From the NCBI RefSeq assembly GCF_009914755.1, contig NC_060934.1: a stretch of 64,000 nt of DNA; one strand, written 5' to 3'. Positions 56,495 to 64,000 of the stretch are shown here, one piece after another (positions within the stretch are counted from its first letter, which is position 1; the number at the start of each line of letters is the position of its first letter). The translations under genes and the position numbers were made by a program. Source of the DNA: the human T2T-CHM13v2.0 reference genome, Homo sapiens. The notes under the pieces were generated by a model. It searched no databases. It saw nothing but the letters and a program-made list of their open reading frames with translations, and was not told the origin of the DNA.

Positions 56495-57305
56495 GCTACT
56501 TGCACCATAATGAGGATGACTTTCCTATCATTATTTCTGTCTTTAGGCATGTTTGTATTTTAAAATCAGCATGGCTAGTTTATAGAATAAGAGAGTTTGT
56601 GTTGTTGCAGAAATCTCAAGCTTTAATCAATAAGTTAATACTGAGTCTAGAGGCCAGGAGGACTTGCCTATATTATGCTTCCCATATTAGGAAATTGCTG
56701 CAGGTAGAGACTACATTTTCCAGCCTGCCTTGCTGTCAGAAGCATCCACACCAGCAAGTTTTGGTAATGAATGAAAGCAGAAGGGAAGTGAGTTACTTCC
56801 AAACTGGATCCAGCAGGACTTTCCATGAACCTCTTCTCCATATTCTTTAGATGATTATAGGGTGAACTTAGAAGGTAAATGGGGAAGATTGCAGGGTCTT
56901 TGTGTAGATGTTGATCATTCAGTAATTTATTCACTTACATAATTCTGTTATGTTACTTTTTTGTGTTTAAGCTACCATGCATTTTTGGGTCTGCTCATTG
57001 TAGGAACCCGCCTGCTGTAACTTATATATATAAGATGCACTGGTTAGGAGTGATCCTGGAGGTATGGGGCCCAGTCTCCCAGCCACCCAGCATCTTCATT
57101 TAGTCCTTCATAATCTAGATAATGTGTTTTATTAGAGATTTCAGAATCCTTGTTTTTTTTATAGCAGAATGTAAAGTAAATTAAAATAAAAAATACAAGA
57201 GGGTAAAGGGAACAGAAATGCTAAGTTACTCACATACCTTCCATATGCTTGGGGATATATAAGTTATGCCATCCTAAGATTGATGACTTGCCTAGATATG
57301 CCTAC

Positions 57306-57746
57306 TGTTAAAGAAAAGGTTCTGCTGACCCTTAAGATGGCATGGAAGATCTTATTCAACGGGACTACTGCAATGACTAGGAAAGACACATTGGGTTCAA
57401 CTTCAAATACAAAAATGAAAAGTGAGAATTTACAGCCTTGGAGCAGGGTCGGGGGTCAGTGAATGGAAAATTACTAAGAGGGAACATCGGGGGAAAAAAT
57501 TCTGGATAAATGGGCTGGACAGGAGTCTTGTTGAAGGCAGTTCAATGTGGGCAGATGTCAACTGAGGGATGCTGAGGAGTGAGGGTTGTGATCAGCTACG
57601 AAGAGTGATTGGAATCAAGGGTAGGGGACTCTCATTGAACTGACTTGAACAAGATTCTTGTTCTTAAGAAATAGGCCCAAGGACAGGCCTTGAAAGACAG
57701 CTTAGGGGAGGTTGACCAAGGTCAGGTCAGGGAGAGAGCCTTTTCA
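57306..57746 (-). mobile_element. MER31-family ERV1 solo LTR
   Basis: TG...CA termini; reverse complement begins TGAAAAGGCTCTCTCCCTGACC; GGAGCAGGGT..GGGTCAGTG.ATGGAAAATTACTAAGAGG hallmark. Confidence 0.72.
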
Positions 57747-58058
57747 GTATTCAGGGTCTAGATTAGACAGTTGGATGGGCATCTTCATTGTTCAGACAGC
57801 ACTATCTTTGTTTGCTAGTGTATTAAAAATAAGACATTTAACAAAACTCAAAATAATAATTTAAAAAGTTGGTAGCCACTTGGTTTGTGTATCGTTTTAT
57901 GTTTAGTGATGATCCTAAGTCTTAGCTTACAAATGTCCATGGCTAAGAAGAATTCCATTAAGGGGGAGATGCCAGTGCACCCACTGGGCACTCATTAATT
58001 AGGAAATAAATGCATAACTAACTAAATATGGTTTGCAATGCCATATATTGATAGAAAT

Positions 58059-58198
58059 AGGGGTCGGCAAACTTTATCTGTAAGGAGCCAAAAAGTAAAT
58101 GCTCTGGAGGCCGGGTGGTCTCCACGGTAACTGCTCACTGGTGTTGTGTAGATGGAGCAGCCACTGAGACATGAGCGTGGCTGTCTTCCCATAAAACA
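58059..58198. mobile_element. MER58A hAT-Charlie fragment
   Basis: AGGGGTCGGCAAACTT..CTGTAAGG.GCCA..AGTAAAT and GAGCGTGGCTGT..CCATAAAAC. Confidence 0.75.
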
Positions 58199-59893
58199 TG
58201 ACCAATCATGAATCTAAAGAGTCTGTATGCTTGGGTGTGTAGGAGTCTTGTGTTTCACTAGAAAACTGCATGATCTAGAGCACACCTTTCAGGGTTATCA
58301 GAATTCAACCCTGTGCATTAATTTTGCATTCCTATGCAATTCTTTGTAAATTATAGGCAGCTTACACAAACTATAGGACAGATGTGCAAATTCTGTACTT
58401 GCTGATAGTGGTTTCATTGACCTCCTCTCCGTCCAATTTCATGCTTATTTGCAGTTGATCTCAATGTTCCTTTGCTGCATATATTTTATGTGTCATTTTG
58501 ATTTTTTCTTTGAATCGGTTATAACATCTGTTTAATTCCCTCACATCCTACGAGTTAAATATATTCTTAAACATCTATTTATTTATATGTGTATGAGAAT
58601 GATAATTTTACCTTTTCTAAAAACTACTTTTTAACTGTGCGTATCTGCATGTGTTTAATGATCAGAAGTGATCAGTAGTTTGGAATTAACCTTCCTTTCG
58701 GATTAAATCAGTCTGGTATTTCACAGGTGTGTGTGTGTGTGTGTAAGGCAGTTGTTCCTGTCCACAATTTCGCAAGTAGGTGGTGACAGCATTGTGTTTA
58801 CATAGCATTTTCAAAAGTGCTTTCCTAACCATAATCTCATGGGCTTCTTTCAACGCCTCTCTGGGCTTTGTTAGGACAAATGATTATCAAAATTTTATCG
58901 AGAAGGAAAGGGTGACACATAGAAATGTAAGTGGTTAGAGGAAGAACAAAACAGGTTATAAAAGGATTTCCACGTCTTGCTGGAGAAAAAGCCTTATTGA
59001 ACATATTAAGCCTGGTAACCACCCACTCCCCTTTCTGTGTGTGAATTCTGACTGAGCGAGATGAACACTCTTCCCAACTTCTCTGTGCTAGCCTGGGATT
59101 AGCCTAACTGCGCTGCCTTTTCTGGTGCAGGCTGAAGAGCGTGTCACAGTTGAACTCTGGAGTTTACTTGGGTTGGTCTGTGTTTATGACAAGTATGGAA
59201 CTCATTCAAAAGTTACCAAAGCTGTACTTTTCTCATTCTCTGAGTCTCCCTCATCAGCAGGGTGAAGTCCTCATATTATGGTCTTATAACTGTCAACCTG
59301 ATGAGCATTTTTTAAAGTGATCTCTGGACAAACATTCTCCTGGCTGTGAGGACAAGCTGCAGTTCGGACCAGCCTCCTGTGGAAGCAAACATGCAGTCAC
59401 TGGCCTCCAGAGTTTGGCTTAACACAGCTCTTCCTCTTCCTGAAAGTTACAGCAGGAAGCCGTTTTCAACGTTGCTTGTAAAACTGTAACTTCAGCATTA
59501 CACAAACTTCAGGAATGAAAGCTCACCTGCAGGAACATGAGTGAATATAAACAGGGGTGCCTAGAACCACTGCTCACAGCTAGAAGCCTGCGCGGGAGAT
59601 GGGGGTGACAGGATAGGAACGGGGCGGCTCAGGCCCCAGCCATGGCACCATCACAGAGTGCGTGCCTCCCTCCTGTTTTCATGCACGTGGCACATGCCGG
59701 AGGCAGCCAGGTCACCAAGTGGTCAGAGCTTTCCTCTGCTTTACACCACGTAGGACCCATCTGAGCATTTTCCGGAATAATTATAGGGTGATTTTTCAGG
59801 GAACGTGGGCAGTGTTTCTATTTTCAACTTTAAGTTTCATGGAGGAAATTTTTAGAGTAAATGGTGTTATGTATATGGCTATATTTCAGCTAA

Positions 59894-60410
<517 letters not shown>

Positions 60411-60521
60411 TCGACTTTGTTCTTAAAAATGTAAAAATATCTATTTTTTTGCAGTTTTCCCTTTTGGCAATAAAAGTATCATTATATATTAGGTCTTTAA
60501 TATATATAATGCCATTAATAG

Positions 60522-60699
60522 ATATAGACTTTATTAATGAATGTTAGAATATATAATGTGTGTGTATATTATATATTCTAACATTCAGTGTATATATATA
60601 TATATACACACACACACATTATATATTCTAACATTCAGTGTATGTATATAAATATACACACACATTGTATACTCTAACAGTCATTAATAAAGTCTATAT
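60522..60699. repeat. AT-rich inverted repeat with internal tandem copies
   Basis: 48-bp arms with 3 mismatches around TA/CA runs. Confidence 0.92.
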
Positions 60700-61289
60700 A
60701 GAATGAAAATTATGACATTTAGGTTCTTACTGACTGAAGCCATTTTAAATATTAGATGTTAGTGTAACTTTTTTGATTGTTCACAGACTATTCAATGTCT
60801 GAAGTTGTTTTACTATCTTCAAGGGCAAAATAAAATTCTTTGTACACTTGCTTGAGTTTTCTTTGTTTACCTTGAGGATGAGCTGGTGAAGACTTAAAGG
60901 CAAATTGAATGCATCTGGTTTCAGATCCAATGAGTGCAGCTCACAGAGGGTTTTCTTAAAAAGGCATTTGTATCTTTTGTAGAAGCACATTGGAGATCTT
61001 TCACAAGCCCTTGAAGAAGTCAGGAATAAAAAGTTGCAACTTCCCCGGGAGAGAGCAACTCTGACCCTAAAAGTTAACGTTACATCCCAAACGTGGAAAA
61101 CAGGAAATTTCAGATGGGTTTTGGCAAAACACATAGTGCCACTCCTTCTCTTGGTGTGCTAAGTTTTCCCAAGTCTGTGTACTCCTTATAGCGCAGGAAT
61201 TCTCCAAAGGCCAACATTTCAGTTCCAGAAAGAGAAATAGAATCAACGGCAACAACAACAAAACAACTTTACCAAGAGCAAGCAAATTG

Positions 61290-61720
61290 CCTCGTCTTGG
61301 TGACTCCTCTGCAAAACTGCAAATTCCACCCCCGTGCGGCGGGGCAGGACATCTCCCAGACAGCTGGGGACACCCTTTCCAGCGGGAGCGGGAGGCGCTG
61401 TTGTTCAGGAAAGGAAGTTGTGTGTTTGTGAATGAGCGCACTTTGTGGTTCATGTGTTTGGGCAGGACAAACTACACCACAGGGTTGGGCGGGGCTGTGT
61501 GTGCTGGGCACGTACGCTTCTTTGTTTTGTCAGCTTCCCGAGAGATCAGGGAGAGCATAGATATATCCCTTTTTCAGTTCAGAGGAAAACACCTAACAAC
61601 AACCTCAACAAACACAACAACAACAGCAAAAGGACGAAGCGTGAGCCAGAAATTCCATCTGCGTGAGTATGCTGGGAAAAGCCTGGCGAGGAATCCTGGT
61701 TGGTGAAAAACAGATTCGGT
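61290..61720. promoter_or_regulatory. Candidate cis-regulatory element
   Basis: Locally CpG-retaining unique sequence with GC boxes (GGCGGGGC ~61337, GGGCGGGGC ~61487), ETS-like AGGAAGT and RUNX-like ACCACA; motifs only. Confidence 0.3.
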
Positions 61721-62695
61721 GCTTATTGTTCTGCTCTGTAAGTCACCAAAGAAATGTGGGCGTGTGCTGCTGGAAAGAAAATAGACTTCCACAAAAAGTA
61801 TGAATCACTTTTGTTAATTGTCAAAGAAAATATATATTAAGTGATTACTTAGCTTCTGGAATTAAAACAAAATGAAAACAAACAAGCATCCTCTGTCTCT
61901 CAATACTTTTAAAACTGAAGATGGCAAAATAAGGCAAACCAAAGCCACCAGTGCATCTTGGCATGGTCAGCAGAGGAGGGCAAGTTTTCTAAAACCTTAA
62001 AAAGTATCTTGGTGTCATGAGCCTTAGAGTTATTTGAAATGCAGTTATGTGAAACCCCCCTCTATCTTTCATGAAGCCTCAGAAAGGAGTCCAGGGAGCC
62101 GGGGTTTGTGGAAGTTAGAATTTATCTGATGATCCAGAGCTGCTTCTCCCCCACGATAGGTCACCGTGAATCGGAGTATTTTGTGGTTGGCCTTTTCAAA
62201 CAGGCAAGCATTTGGTGGTTTGTCTTTTGTTTAATTTGTTACCAGATCACACAAGATATTTTTCAACAGAATTTCAGAAAGCATCTTGGGAAATCCACAA
62301 AAATGGGCTGAGTCATCTAACCAGAAACAGTCCACACCACATCTGACTCTGAATGCCTGGCTTTTCTTTCTTTGGGGAGAAAGTTCTCAGCATCAGTTGG
62401 ATGAAAGGGCAGGGAAGTCGAGATTGATTTGGGGTTTACAGGGACATAAAGAGAAATTACCAGCCCCAGACTCTGAAAATTTTTAAGGTATCAGAAAAGT
62501 GCTTGTGATAGAACCTGATGATTGCTTTTGGTGCCTGGGATGGTTATTAAGGGTCAAAATAATGTGGAGATGCCATCATGGAAAAGTGACTGTGATATGA
62601 ATCTGTTGCTAAAAATGATGATTTCAAGGAGCAGAATGACATTCCATCCACCTATGACACGCACTTCACATTTGGTTAAGGGTTAGGCCAAGAGC

Positions 62696-62701
62696 TTTTT
62701 T

Positions 62702-62799
<98 letters not shown>

Positions 62800-62866
62800 C
62801 TTTCTTTCTTTCTTTCTCCCTCTCTCTCTCTCTCTCTCCTCTTTCTTTCTTTCTTTCTTTCTTTTT
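62696..62866. repeat. Compound (TTTC)n/(TC)n homopyrimidine tract
   Basis: About 170 bp of only T and C. Confidence 0.97.
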
Positions 62867-63737
62867 GTACAGCTCTTGCAGCTCTAAACCCACAAAGCAG
62901 GTTAGGTTTCCTCTGGCCTGTGACCTAATCTTTAGTATTAGAGGAGGCACTGATTTGTTTGCTCTGATGTAAGCCCAAAGGGAATTTGGCTTCTTGATTT
63001 ATAACAGGATTGGGTTTCAGGCCTCTAACAGTTAAAACCGGTCTTCAGCAGAGACTCAAGCAGGGGGAATGAAAGTTACACAGTGCGTGGATTAGTCCTT
63101 TGGTGTTTTTGACACAGTTTCTTTTCATAGGAGAATCTTATTTCAAATAGGGAGGCGTTTCCCCGTTTTAGAAAATGCTTGTGAAATGCATGACTCATTA
63201 CGCCCTTGCAAAGAGCCAAAAAAAGTTCTGCAGAGTCTAGGACAGGACTAAACCGCAGCTAAGTCTAATATTTCAGTCTTGCTGAAACAGCTGTTCCCAC
63301 TCGGGTCCGAGAGCGGGTGGGAGTAGAGATGGTGTGTGGGGGGGTCCCCACTTCAGTTCCCCAAAGCATCAGCTGCTCCCTGTCTTGAACAGAATCAGCT
63401 CCAACAGGGAGAGGCTTGGACATGCCCGCCATTGACGCTGCCAGGCCTCGAACTCTCCTGAGAGTTGGATTTTTCCCAGTCTGTGCTATCTCACTCTTAT
63501 TTGAGGAATTTGAGTCAGAGCAAAATGTGGGCAGAGAAGGAGAAGGAACACCAACACCTCAATTATTGAGGGAAAAGACGTGCAGGTTTTCTGTAGCAGT
63601 GAACCTGAAGGAAGACACTGCTTTGTGTCTGGCTCCCAAAGAAAAAGGCCAAGTTGATCTTTCCTGTGAAACAGCTGAAGGTACCACCTTGAAAACTGGA
63701 TGTTTTCCCAACTGTGGGCCAAGTTTCAGCTTGAATA

Positions 63738-63935
63738 CAGTCATCCTCGGTATCCCTGGGGAACTGGCTCCAGCACACCCTCCCCACAACATCAGTGACT
63801 ACCCAAATCCACAAAATGGTGTAGTGTTTGCATATAACTGATGCACATCCTCCTGTTTGCTTTAAATCATCTCTACATACCTTATATCTAATACAAGATA
63901 AATGCCATTGAAATAGTCGTTGTACTGTATTTTTT
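63738..63935 (+). mobile_element. MER2 (TcMar-Tigger) DNA transposon, left part
   Basis: TA|CAGTCATCCTCGGTATCC terminal repeat; AAATGGTGTAGTGTTTGCATATAAC..CACATCCTCC..CTTTAAATCATCTCTA. Confidence 0.88.
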
Positions 63936-63954
63936 GTTTGTATTATTGTTATTG

Positions 63955-64000
63955 TTTTTTTTTTTTTTTGAGATGGAGTCTTACTCTGTCACCCAGGCTG
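63955..64000 (-). mobile_element. Alu 3' end, cut by the window edge
   Basis: Poly-T then GAGATGGAGTCTTACTCTGTCACCCAGGCTG. Confidence 0.9.

Overview
This is not a prokaryotic window. It is primate, very probably human, non-coding genomic DNA, shown by AluJ/S/Y SINEs with target-site duplications (TSDs), old L1M fragments, MaLR/ERV1/ERVL solo LTRs, MIR/L2 relics and MER DNA transposons. I find no credible protein-coding exon, RNA gene or CRISPR array. The long ORFs are stop-free frames of tandem repeats or transposon read-through, apart from decayed L1 ORF2 fragments near 42.3-44.4 kb. The distinctive feature is a high density of minisatellites (units of 50, 15, 36, 11, 15, 46 and 69 bp) plus long homopurine/homopyrimidine tracts, typical of a distal chromosome band. 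I cannot name the locus. Best leads: a 69-bp VNTR born from an LTR/flank junction that multiplies SOX and RUNX motifs; a 36-bp repeat whose unit is a complete 3' splice site followed by GT; three AT-centred inverted repeats with unique-sequence arms; a 46-bp CpG-bearing VNTR with alternating variants; and a left-arm-only AluY-type copy with its own TSD. None is evidence of a new biological system; they are testable hypotheses. Repeat families were recognised by eye from remembered consensus sequences, and boundaries without a TSD are approximate.
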